A DNA stretch of 35,943 bases from a virus (taxonomy: Duplodnaviria; Caudoviricetes): IMG/VR virus record IMGVR_UViG_3300037483_000992, positions 1 through 35,943 of that record; one strand, written 5' to 3'. Each line of letters begins with the position of its first letter. Position 1 is the stretch's first letter. The notes beneath the pieces are model-generated. The model had not been told where the DNA came from, searched no databases, and worked only from the letters and a program-made list of their open reading frames with translations. Both the position numbers and the translations under genes were made by a program. Shown one piece after another: positions 8,595 through 16,132 of the stretch.

Positions 8595-9786
8595 AATTTA
8601 CCTAAAGCGCATGATCTCGGAATGCAACGTTTCCCAGCGCGAATTTCAGGCGATGACCGGCTGGTCGTGGGGCACCGTGTTCAGCGTTCTCAGCGGCCGG
8701 GTCCCGACGAAAAAGTTTAAGCAGGATACGGCCCGCATCGTTTCGGGGTCGCCGGTCATGTCGGCCTGGATGAAGCGCCGGAACCTGATCTGCGACGATC
8801 TGTTTCGTCCGGATCCCGGGCCCCTAAAAAAGGACCATCGCCCTGCAGGATTCGGAAAGCGGATGTCAAAAGCCCGCCTGCATCCCAGGATGCCGCTGGG
8901 CTCGGCAGATCCGGCGAAAGTTCAAACCCACAAGGAGACGCAAATGATTACACATCAGGCATTAAAACACTTCAAACTCTTTAGGAGTCCGTTCATCAAC
9001 GACATCACGGACCCGAAAGATATTTTCTTTTCCCAGGATCATCATTTCATCAAAGAGATGATGCTGGACACGGCCCGGCACTGCGGGTTCACGGCAGTGT
9101 ACGGCGAAGTGGGCAGCGGAAAATCGGTGATTCGCAAAGCGGTGTTCCACGAGCTACGAAACGAAGAAATCAAGGTCATTTATCCGGCCATCCTCGACAA
9201 TTCGCGGATTACGGCCAGCTCCCTGGTGGATGCCATTGTCATGGACATATCAGAGGAAAAACCCAAGCGGGTGCTGGAGCAGAAAAGCCGTCAGGCGGTG
9301 AAACTGCTCCGGAACCGGTCCATGTCCGGGATGAAGCAGGTGCTCATCATCGAAGAAGCGCATCAATTAAATCTTGCCGCGCTGAAAGCCTTAAAGCGGA
9401 TCTACGAGCTGGAGGACGGGTTCCGGAGACTGATCGGCATTATCCTCATCGGCCAGCCCGAGCTCAAACACCTTTTGGACGAAACCCTTGACCAGGGCAT
9501 CCGCGAGGTGGCCAGGCGGGTGACCCAGGCCGAAATCGGGGGCCTTGGCGACGATCTGGGGCGGTATCTTTCGCACAAATTCAGCCGGATCAACCGCCAT
9601 GCGGATGAGATTTTCAACGGCGACTCCTTCGGCGCCATGCAGCGCCGGATGCAGGACAAAAACGGGCGCAAGGTCGTCAGCAAAGCCTATCCGCTGTCGG
9701 TCAACAACCTGGCGGCCAATGCGATGAACCTTGCGGCCGAGACGGGCGAGGGCAAGGTGAGCGAGGAAGTGGTGATGGCTGTTTAG
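8587..9786 (+). CDS. AAA+ ATPase, MuB/ExeA-like, with N-terminal HTH
   Basis: Walker A GEVGSGKS, Walker B LIIEEAH, IILIGQPEL; follows the transposase. Confidence 0.93.
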   Translation: MAEIYLKRMISECNVSQREFQAMTGWSWGTVFSVLSGRVPTKKFKQDTARIVSGSPVMSAWMKRRNLICDDLFRPDPGPLKKDHRPAGFGKRMSKARLHPRMPLGSADPAKVQTHKETQMITHQALKHFKLFRSPFINDITDPKDIFFSQDHHFIKEMMLDTARHCGFTAVYGEVGSGKSVIRKAVFHELRNEEIKVIYPAILDNSRITASSLVDAIVMDISEEKPKRVLEQKSRQAVKLLRNRSMSGMKQVLIIEEAHQLNLAALKALKRIYELEDGFRRLIGIILIGQPELKHLLDETLDQGIREVARRVTQAEIGGLGDDLGRYLSHKFSRINRHADEIFNGDSFGAMQRRMQDKNGRKVVSKAYPLSVNNLAANAMNLAAETGEGKVSEEVVMAV

Positions 9787-9807
9787 TGGCGGCGACGGGA
9801 TGAAACA

Positions 9808-10005
9808 ATGAGATATCGTGATGAAATGAGCAATGCGGAATTCAACCGCGCAATCGAAAAACTGAACCTGTCGGTGAAGGCGCGGATAATCGGCTGGGAA
9901 TACCTGGTGCTGGGCCGATCGCTCAGGGAAACGGCCGCATTGAACAATGTCAGCCGGGAGCGGGTGCGACAGATTGTGGCGCGGATCACGCGGGGAGGTG
10001 AATGA
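9808..10005 (+). CDS. KorA/TrfB-like small HTH protein
   Basis: EF.RAI..L.L......I...LV.G....E.A....VSR..V.Q.V.RI resembles the KorA DNA-binding domain. Confidence 0.6.
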   Translation: MRYRDEMSNAEFNRAIEKLNLSVKARIIGWEYLVLGRSLRETAALNNVSRERVRQIVARITRGGE

Positions 10006-10163
10006 TGGAACATTATTTTTTACGCGCAGTTGAGTGGGTGAGCGACAACCGGATGTGGATCATGCCGATTGTGGCTGGTATTACGATAGCGATGCTGGTG
10101 TGTGCTGGGAGTGTGCTGTTGTCGGATGTGCGCGACACCATCCGGGAGTGGCGGAAGGGATAG
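10002..10163 (+). CDS. 53-aa single-TM protein (not in ORF track)
   Basis: GGAGGT RBS, ATGA overlap; MMEHYFLRAVEWVSDNRMWIMPIVAGITIAMLVCAGSVLLSDVRDTIREWRKG. Confidence 0.65.
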   Translation: MMEHYFLRAVEWVSDNRMWIMPIVAGITIAMLVCAGSVLLSDVRDTIREWRKG

Positions 10164-10233
10164 AGGTCGGAGGTTCCGTCTCCGCTCTCCGAGCTACGCC
10201 GGACAAGCATAGGTCAGAGATCGGAGGTCAGAA
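10162..10233. repeat. AGAGGTC-like heptamer array interrupted by a 33-bp element (10175-10207)
   Basis: Removing TCCGTC...GAGCTACGCCGGACAAG restores the 7-bp period. Confidence 0.7.
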
Positions 10234-10236
10234 TAA

Positions 10237-10398
10237 ATGAGAAGCCCGTGCCTTGGCTGTGATCGCAGGGATCTGGATAAAAACGATGTCGGGTGCACCC
10301 GGTGCATTGCGCGGCTGGAATATGTTGTTGCCATCGGGCTGTGCCCGTCGGCGTCGGTGGAACTGGAGGTAGTTAAGGTCAAGAAGGTGAGAGGATGA
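10237..10398 (+). CDS. 53-aa Cys-rich protein (not in ORF track)
   Basis: MRSPCLGC...CTRC...; GGAGGT RBS supplied by the repeat array. Confidence 0.6.
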   Translation: MRSPCLGCDRRDLDKNDVGCTRCIARLEYVVAIGLCPSASVELEVVKVKKVRG

Positions 10399-10402
10399 GA
10401 AA

Positions 10403-10633
10403 ATGAGAAGGATAGACACTCTGGCGGAGTTAACCGAGATCGAGGAATACCTGGCCGGGCCCGACCGGTTTATGTGCGAAAAATATAACTGCAACATGCT
10501 CAAATCCGCCTGCGTTACGCGGCAGAAAAATGCCGAGCGAAACGATCGCGTGTCATCGCCCAGATATCATCGGCCGCGGTGGATGCGGAGTGCGGGCATC
10601 TTCAAACTGACGTTTGGTAATTTTGAATGGTGA
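10403..10633 (+). CDS. Hypothetical protein
   Basis: GAGG RBS; operon context. Confidence 0.6.
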   Translation: MRRIDTLAELTEIEEYLAGPDRFMCEKYNCNMLKSACVTRQKNAERNDRVSSPRYHRPRWMRSAGIFKLTFGNFEW

Positions 10634-10680
10634 ATTCTTCATCCTTAATTAAAAACTCAAAACTAAGAATTCATAATTAA
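10618..10680. repeat. AT-rich heptamer hairpin (TGAATT-type arm and TCAAAAC-type arm)
   Basis: Imperfect inverted arrays; same type as 22474-22542. Confidence 0.65.
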
Positions 10681-10701
10681 CCAAAAGAGGGAGGTGAATC
10701 C

Positions 10702-10968
10702 ATGACCAGCAACATCATTAACCAGTGCCCGGTGTGCGGGGCCAAAGAGATCGAAGACAATCAGATGAAATTAGAGTTCGAAAAGCAGAAGATCCCGGCG
10801 ATGCCGCGGAACCTGCCGTGCGAATCGTGCGAGCGGAAACTCCGGAACATCTTCCAGGCCAAATACTTTTTCTGGATTTATAAGGGGTCGATCCTGGGCA
10901 GAGATCAGGCCCTTAAACTGGCACGGGAAGCCGTGGCCTTCGGGCAGAAGGATGAGTCTGAAGAATAA
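10702..10968 (+). CDS. Hypothetical zinc-ribbon protein
   Basis: CPVC..CESC; GGAGGT RBS. Confidence 0.65.
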   Translation: MTSNIINQCPVCGAKEIEDNQMKLEFEKQKIPAMPRNLPCESCERKLRNIFQAKYFFWIYKGSILGRDQALKLAREAVAFGQKDESEE

Positions 10969-11155
10969 GACACAGATTACACAGATGGTTTTTCTGTGGG
11001 GCGGACTTTCCAGTCCGCCGAACGTTCGACAGGCTGGAAAGCCTGTCCCACAGTCTTTCGACAGGCTGGAAAGCCTGTCCCACAGTCTTTCGACAGGCTG
11101 GAAAGCCTGTCCCACAGTCTTTCGACAGGCTGGAAAGCCTGTCCCACAGTCCCAC
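10969..11155. repeat. REP/REPIN-like cluster: CACAGAT nonamer pair, one forward REP and four tandem 32-bp reverse REP units
   Basis: GTGGGGCGGAC-TTTCCA-GTCCGCC 10996-11019; TTCGACAGGCTGGAAAGCCTGTCCCACAGTCT at 11025, 11057, 11089, 11121. Confidence 0.9.
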
Positions 11156-11172
11156 AATCAAAGGAAAACAAC

Positions 11173-11889
11173 ATGAAACTTGAAGACATGGGCTATGACC
11201 CGAAGACGAAAAGCCACAACCCCAAATTGACCGTTGCCGAAAACCGGTTCCTGGGGCTGTTGTGGGTGGATCACACGGGGGCTGATAACAAAATCTCCGC
11301 GGAGAACCTGGCGGTGATGTATGCGTATGCGCTGGAGGGCAAGACGCTGTCCGATGAGCGGGTGGCCGGCGTGGTGCACGCCATGAAGCTGTCCGAGAGC
11401 ATGACCCGGGTTTTGGGGCAGCAGAAAAGAAACGTGCGGCAGATGCAGAGCCATCTTTTGATGAAGCACGAAAATGTCGGCGTGCTTTCGAAAGCCGGAA
11501 ACGACCACGGGTACTGGATCGCCGAGAACGACGCCGAGATCGAGCAGTTTTTCGCGTCATTCCGGAAACGCGGCATGCACGGGATCGTGAAGGCGTCCCG
11601 GGCGTCCAAGGTGCGGTTTGCGCGGATCATGGAGCAGCTTACGTTCGAGTTCGATACCCTGTCCGATTATGACCGCGGAGCGGCAGAGCCGGAGGAAAAG
11701 GCACCGGCGCCGTATGTGGTGGTGGACGCGCTGCTCGAAAAAATGATGTCGAATCCGGAGGATTTCTCCGAGGAGCTGCGGAAATTAGGCAAAAAGTTTG
11801 GTTCGGTGCTCATGCCGAAACAGCAGTATGCCGAGATCAAGAGCCACACGCAGCGGCTCCAGGAGCTGATTGCGGAGATGGAGAACTGA
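11173..11889 (+). CDS. Hypothetical protein, probable winged-HTH
   Basis: AAGGA RBS before ATG 11173; ISAENLA...RNVRQ...HL......VLS.....GYWIAE pattern. Confidence 0.7.
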   Translation: MKLEDMGYDPKTKSHNPKLTVAENRFLGLLWVDHTGADNKISAENLAVMYAYALEGKTLSDERVAGVVHAMKLSESMTRVLGQQKRNVRQMQSHLLMKHENVGVLSKAGNDHGYWIAENDAEIEQFFASFRKRGMHGIVKASRASKVRFARIMEQLTFEFDTLSDYDRGAAEPEEKAPAPYVVVDALLEKMMSNPEDFSEELRKLGKKFGSVLMPKQQYAEIKSHTQRLQELIAEMEN

Positions 11890-11912
11890 AAAACAGGATA
11901 GAGGAAAGAGAA

Positions 11913-12221
11913 ATGAGGAAAGAGAAAATAGTAAAAGGCTTTGAACTCAGCTACAGATACGCTCTCGACTTGCACGACTCTATATATGCCGATCACGAAA
12001 CGGCGAAACATCGCCTATCATGCAAAAACTGTCCGCGGCTGGAACTGGAATGGGATAATGCCCGCGGGGATTATCATCCGTACTGCTGGGAATACGACGT
12101 GTGGAACGAGACCGTGCCGTTCTGGCGGTCGGTGCGAAATGGCGTATGTTTGAAACACGGCAGGCCGAAGCTGTCGGAGGTTTACCCGCCTTCGGCGGCG
12201 CCAGAGGCGACCAGGGTTTGA
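11913..12221 (+). CDS. Hypothetical Cys-containing protein with repeat-derived termini
   Basis: CKNC..C..C; 12 C-terminal residues come from a 36-bp element. Confidence 0.6.
   Translation: MRKEKIVKGFELSYRYALDLHDSIYADHETAKHRLSCKNCPRLELEWDNARGDYHPYCWEYDVWNETVPFWRSVRNGVCLKHGRPKLSEVYPPSAAPEATRV
12181..12216. repeat. 36-bp palindromic element TTTACCCGCC...GACCAGGG, copy 1
   Basis: Second copy at 17663-17698 differs at 2 positions. Confidence 0.85.
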
Positions 12222-12222
12222 G

Positions 12223-12296
12223 GGCCGACTTCGCCAGCCTACTCCGCCGTAGTAAGGCTACGAAGGCCGGAAAGCAGCCCCGGCTGCGACGGCTGA
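12223..12296 (-). repeat. 39-bp element carrying a nested 35-bp element (12237-12271)
   Basis: Flanks match the reverse complement of 15510-15548; insert has a CGTAG/CTACG hairpin. Confidence 0.85.
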
Positions 12297-12297
12297 A

Positions 12298-13014
12298 TTG
12301 GAGGCAAAAACGGAAAGCATCACCAAAGAGCAGATCCGGCTGATTAAGACCGTGCAGCGAAAGCGCATGGCCGATGAGGATTATTACGATATGCTGATGC
12401 AGCGGTTTAAGGTTTCGAGCTGCACCCAGATGACCCGGCGCCAGGCGTCGAAACTGATCGAGCTGTATGCGGACTGGGGGTGGATTGAAAAAAGCAGAAG
12501 TCAGAAGTCAGAAGTCAGAAGTCAGAAGAAAAAAGCCTCCAACCTCAAACCGCCAACGGCCGGAAGGTTAGAGGGTAAGAAGGTTGGTCAAAATCGACAA
12601 TTCAGCCGTCGTAGCCAAGGCTACTATGGCGAAGTCGGCTCGACAATCAACAATTCAGCCGTCGTAGCCAAGGCTACTATGGCGAAGTCGGCTCAACAAT
12701 CCAATGTGGTTCGGATGGCGAGTCCGGGGCAGCGGGATAAGATCGATGCGCTGGCGGGGCTTATCGAGTGGCGCGTCAAAGATGGTTTGACAAAATGGAT
12801 TTCAAAGCGCTTTTCGATTCAGCGCGTCAAGACCGCCCAGGAGGCGTTCCGGGTGATCGAGGGGCTGAAGGGGATGTTCGAGCGGGCCATGCGAGAAAAG
12901 TATGGGGACGGCTGGATGGAGACGGTGTTCGAAGATCCGGAGATTCGGCGGTATATACAAGAGCACAGGGTTCAAGGATTCAAGGATTCCAGGGGTCAAG
13001 GGCTCAAGGGGTAA
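12298..13014 (+). CDS. gemA: GemA/gp16 (DUF1018) protein with repeat-expanded linker
   Basis: QIRLI......DEDY.DML..RF.VSS...MT..QA..LI and ASPGQ..KI.AL...VIEGLKGM motifs; TTG start uncertain. Confidence 0.85.
   Translation: MEAKTESITKEQIRLIKTVQRKRMADEDYYDMLMQRFKVSSCTQMTRRQASKLIELYADWGWIEKSRSQKSEVRSQKKKASNLKPPTAGRLEGKKVGQNRQFSRRSQGYYGEVGSTINNSAVVAKATMAKSAQQSNVVRMASPGQRDKIDALAGLIEWRVKDGLTKWISKRFSIQRVKTAQEAFRVIEGLKGMFERAMREKYGDGWMETVFEDPEIRRYIQEHRVQGFKDSRGQGLKG
12495..12704. repeat. Intragenic repeat mosaic: (CAGAAGT)4, octamer hairpin, CAACAAT array with two identical 39-bp elements (12602-12640, 12655-12693)
   Basis: Read directly; reading frame preserved. Confidence 0.9.
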
Positions 13015-13024
13015 AAAACATTAA

Positions 13025-13198
13025 ATGATAAAAATAAAAGTGATTTGCCCGGTATGCCGGCGAAAACGGATGTTCGACGTGGAATGCGGATGCAAGGCAG
13101 AGGTCGGCACCTTTATCGTCACCACCAAGTGCCCGACTTGCGGTCTGGTTAAAATAAAAGCACAAGATATTGTAAAAAATATTGACTCCGGCAAATAA
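13025..13198 (+). CDS. Com-like zinc-ribbon protein, 57 aa (not in ORF track)
   Basis: MIKIKVICPVCRRKRMFDV...TTKCPTCG; CxxC-x-LF/MF...KCPxC pattern as in Mu Com. Confidence 0.7.
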   Translation: MIKIKVICPVCRRKRMFDVECGCKAEVGTFIVTTKCPTCGLVKIKAQDIVKNIDSGK

Positions 13199-13208
13199 GT
13201 CATATAGT
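13182..13208 (+). promoter_or_regulatory. Candidate late promoter
   Basis: TTGACT 13182-13187 and TATAGT 13203-13208; the 15-nt spacer is suboptimal. Confidence 0.35.
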
Positions 13209-13299
13209 AGACAGTAAATACTAAAAATTTAGCTGGCGAGAGCGGCCGGGACCGCCATCCCGCTTGTCGGGACGCCGGAGATAAATCGAGAGGCCCTGG

Positions 13300-13342
13300 G
13301 AGGCCCATTGACTCATAATGAGTTGATGGGCCTCTTTTTTTT
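13300..13342 (+). terminator. Intrinsic terminator upstream of the lysis/late genes
   Basis: 16-bp stem GAGGCCCATTGACTCA/TGAGTTGATGGGCCTC with 2 G-U pairs, 3-nt loop, then T8. Confidence 0.85.
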
Positions 13343-13391
13343 GTCCGCAGATTACGCAGATTGTCGCAAATTAAAAACGAGAGGGAATGCC

Positions 13392-13934
13392 ATGAAAATC
13401 AAATCCATCTGCATCGATCCCGGACACGGCGGCATCGACAACGGGGCGGCCTACGGGCATGCCGAAGAGGATGATATCAATTTGGCGGTGGCGTTCCTTT
13501 TGCGCTGCGCTCTCCAGACTGCGGGTTATGAGGTCGTCATGACCCGCGAAAAAGACATCTATGTGCCCCTCGACGACCGGTGCGCCATCGCCAATACGAT
13601 CAATTCCGACATTTTTATCAGCATTCACTGCGACGCGTGGCACACCGAAACGACCCAGGGAATCAGCACCCATGTCTTTCGCGGGGCGAATCACATTACC
13701 TGGGGACTCGGGCAACGCATCCATGCGGCGCTCACAGGCCGGTTTCCGGCGCACACGGACCGGGGGCTGACGTTGTCGGATTTTCATGTGCTGCGCCATA
13801 CGCGCATGTCTGCGGTGCTGGTCGAATGCGAATTTATCAGCAATCCGGAGATGCGGGCGTTTTTGACGGAGCCGGAGAATCAGTTTGCGATTGCGCACGC
13901 TATCGCGCGCGGAATCGCAGGTAATGGGCAATAG
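13392..13934 (+). CDS. Endolysin, N-acetylmuramoyl-L-alanine amidase (Amidase_3)
   Basis: IDPGHGG, E, ISIHCD, AVLVECEFISN; start reassigned to 13392. Confidence 0.95.
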   Translation: MKIKSICIDPGHGGIDNGAAYGHAEEDDINLAVAFLLRCALQTAGYEVVMTREKDIYVPLDDRCAIANTINSDIFISIHCDAWHTETTQGISTHVFRGANHITWGLGQRIHAALTGRFPAHTDRGLTLSDFHVLRHTRMSAVLVECEFISNPEMRAFLTEPENQFAIAHAIARGIAGNGQ

Positions 13935-13950
13935 GTAATAGGAGGATACA

Positions 13951-14175
13951 ATGATCGGTCTCAAGGAACTGGAAAACAGGTTTACATATCATGCGCCCGA
14001 AGAAGATCAGGTGCATAATTATGAGGATATCCGCGGTATCGGGAGAAGAATGGCGGCAATTATCATCGGCCTGACGCCGGATTGCCGCGAGCAGGCCCTT
14101 GCTGTCACCAAAATCGAGGAGGCGGTGTTCTGGGCCAATGCGGCCGTGGCCAGAAACAGGGAGGTGAAATCATGA
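13951..14175 (+). CDS. Acb2/Tad1-like helical hairpin protein (candidate anti-defence sponge)
   Basis: NRFTYHAP...REQALAVTKIEEAVFWAN resembles the Tad1 C-terminal helix pattern as recalled; AGGAGG RBS. Confidence 0.65.
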   Translation: MIGLKELENRFTYHAPEEDQVHNYEDIRGIGRRMAAIIIGLTPDCREQALAVTKIEEAVFWANAAVARNREVKS

Positions 14176-14717
14176 AAAAAATTCCGTGGTACCGTCAGAA
14201 AACAACCTGGTCCGGGTTCGGGGTGATCTTACCGGCTCTGTTGGGGCTGTTTACGGATGTGCTCACTCCCGAGCAGATCACCGCAATTATGATGATTTTC
14301 GGCGGACTGACGGCAATATTCCTGCGCCAGGGCGTCGAGAAGGCAAAGGAAAACAAATCCACAGATGCCGGGAAAATCCTGCCGATACTGTTCATTTGTA
14401 CAGTATTTCTTTTCGCTGCCTGCGCGCACATGACGCCGGCGCAAAAATACGCCGCGACCCGGACGGCCTACAACGAAATGGTCAAATCCTATATCGCCCA
14501 GGCGAAACTCCAACCCGATGCGGTCCGGGCGAAACTAAAGGAAGAAGCCAACCCGGTGATCAAAGAGGCCGAGGCCGCGCTGGACGCCTATTACGCGGCA
14601 TTGTCCGGCACCCTGCCCGGCGGCGATCCCGAAGAGCGGCTGTTGTTTTATCTGAAACTTAAAAACGAGATTCTCAAACTGTGTTTGAAATACGGGCTGG
14701 AGGTGCACAATGAATGA
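14172..14717 (+). CDS. Holin-like protein fused to a lipoprotein-like domain
   Basis: PWYRQKT then 2 TM, then a third hydrophobic helix ending FAA-C; start 14172 (GAGGT RBS, ATGA overlap). Confidence 0.65.
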   Translation: MKKIPWYRQKTTWSGFGVILPALLGLFTDVLTPEQITAIMMIFGGLTAIFLRQGVEKAKENKSTDAGKILPILFICTVFLFAACAHMTPAQKYAATRTAYNEMVKSYIAQAKLQPDAVRAKLKEEANPVIKEAEAALDAYYAALSGTLPGGDPEERLLFYLKLKNEILKLCLKYGLEVHNE

Positions 14718-14898
14718 AAAACAGGCGCAGGTGCTTTTGAATGTGATCCTTGCCGGTAATGCCCTTCTCGACACGGCCCTGAAGGTGAAATTCGCGGTGG
14801 ATAAAATCAGCGCCATGACCGAGAAAGAATGCGACCGGTTCAACCAGGATCAAAATCTTATCAGTGATGAGCTGATGATAGAACTCGATACCATATGA
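14710..14898 (+). CDS. Hypothetical protein in lysis region
   Basis: GGAGGT RBS; overlaps both neighbours. Confidence 0.6.
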   Translation: MNEKQAQVLLNVILAGNALLDTALKVKFAVDKISAMTEKECDRFNQDQNLISDELMIELDTI

Positions 14899-15251
14899 AC
14901 ACCGGCAACACCATCGAGCTCATAAAAATCCTGGCCAACCTGGGCGGCGTGGTGGTGGTGTCGTACCTTTTGATCCGCATGGTAGGCAAATTATTGGGAA
15001 AGTACGGCGCCGCATTTATCTGCGTTCAGGAAAAAATGGCCGAGGCGATGGGCGCCCAGGCCCAGAGCATGACCGGCGTCAAGGACACGCTGGTTGAGTT
15101 CGTCGGCAAGGATTCGGGTGAGCACCGGGAGATTATTTTGGGGCTCCAGGTGGTCGGCAGAGAACTGAAAACATTAACACACCAGGTCACGAGGTTGCAC
15201 GATGGACGTGAGAGCAGAGAGACACAATCGAGTACGGCGATTAATTCTTAG
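14895..15251 (+). CDS. Single-TM protein (Mu gp25-like position)
   Basis: N-terminal TM then helical region; ATGA overlap. Confidence 0.65.
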   Translation: MNTGNTIELIKILANLGGVVVVSYLLIRMVGKLLGKYGAAFICVQEKMAEAMGAQAQSMTGVKDTLVEFVGKDSGEHREIILGLQVVGRELKTLTHQVTRLHDGRESRETQSSTAINS

Positions 15252-15495
15252 CGCCCTGGCGCCGAGCCACCCCATGCCCGTTGATTCGGTCATACTCCGC
15301 AAATTGCTGGCCGATCTGGGGTACCCGATGGACGAAAACACCCTGAACTCGTATCTCGCGTATCTGTCCGAGCGGGGCTACGTACGCGTGGAGGATCGCA
15401 AAAAATACGAGATCGTGCTGGTGACCATAACCGCGGACGGCTTGGATGTTTTGGACTGCCGCATCGACGACCGGGGCGTGGGGGTAAAGATCTAA
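15202..15495 (+). CDS. Mu gp26-like winged-helix protein
   Basis: R.LIL..L...L.YL.E.GYV......IT..GLDV; precedes terminase. Confidence 0.7.
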   Translation: MDVRAERHNRVRRLILSALAPSHPMPVDSVILRKLLADLGYPMDENTLNSYLAYLSERGYVRVEDRKKYEIVLVTITADGLDVLDCRIDDRGVGVKI

Positions 15496-15499
15496 TGAA

Positions 15500-15603
15500 A
15501 ATTGTCGATTCAGCCGTCGCAGCCGGGGCTGCTTTGGCGAAGTCGGCTTGTCGATTGTCGATTGAGAAAAAAAATCAATCATCAATCATCTATAATCAAT
15601 CAG
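15500..15603. repeat. TTGTCGA/ATCAATC heptamer hairpin with a 39-bp element (15510-15548)
   Basis: Removing the element restores the (TTGTCGA)n period. Confidence 0.85.
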
Positions 15604-15616
15604 ATGCGGAGCATAT

Positions 15617-16132
15617 ATGACGGCGCCGGTTGAAACCAAAGAGCTGGCTTATGCGACCTGGAAGGCGTGCGGCCAGAACCTGTCCGAGGCCCATCGGAAA
15701 TTAAACGGCGATCTGGGCTATGTGATCTCGCGCCAATCCTTGCATGAATGGAAAACCAGATACGACTGGGAAGGCCGGGCGGCCCGGTCCGAGGCCGAGG
15801 AAAAGCACCTGAAAGATGCCACATCCGACGAGGCGCTGCTGGCAGTACTGCTCAAGCAAAAAAAGAAATACGAGGCTTATTTCGACGCGCAGCCGGTGGG
15901 CACCGTGGATAACCAGGCGGTGTACGGGTACAATTCGATCCTCAAAACCGTCGTCAATATCCGGCCAAGGGGCGAAGCCGCCGATATCGACCGGCCCAAG
16001 CTGTTTATGGAAGATATAGAGTTTATCGCCGGGATTTTAAAAGAGATCGATCCGGAGGCACTGAAGGCATTCGGTAGAAATTTCGACACCATCGTTCAGC
16101 GGTTCAAGGAAAATCATGCGCAAGCGTCCTAA
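15617..16132 (+). CDS. Probable terminase small subunit
   Basis: N-terminal HTH (ISRQSL.EWK..YDW); overlaps terL start. Confidence 0.7.
   Translation: MTAPVETKELAYATWKACGQNLSEAHRKLNGDLGYVISRQSLHEWKTRYDWEGRAARSEAEEKHLKDATSDEALLAVLLKQKKKYEAYFDAQPVGTVDNQAVYGYNSILKTVVNIRPRGEAADIDRPKLFMEDIEFIAGILKEIDPEALKAFGRNFDTIVQRFKENHAQAS

Noticed and set aside
10034-10240. 68-aa ORF
   Set aside because: Crosses a repeat array; 10002-10163 has the RBS and overlap
11025-11151. CRISPR array
   Set aside because: Units are head-to-tail with no unique spacers, no cas genes are present, and the same unit is dispersed elsewhere as REPs
10771-11560. Several overlapping ORFs and the 10996 start
   Set aside because: Translations of the REP array or antisense shadows; the RBS supports 11173
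13256-13273. ATCCCGCTTGTCGGGAC hairpin as a further mobile family
   Set aside because: Single copy in the window; cannot be separated from leader RNA structure
13308-13391. N-terminal extension of the amidase
   Set aside because: Runs through the terminator; the domain and RBS begin at 13392
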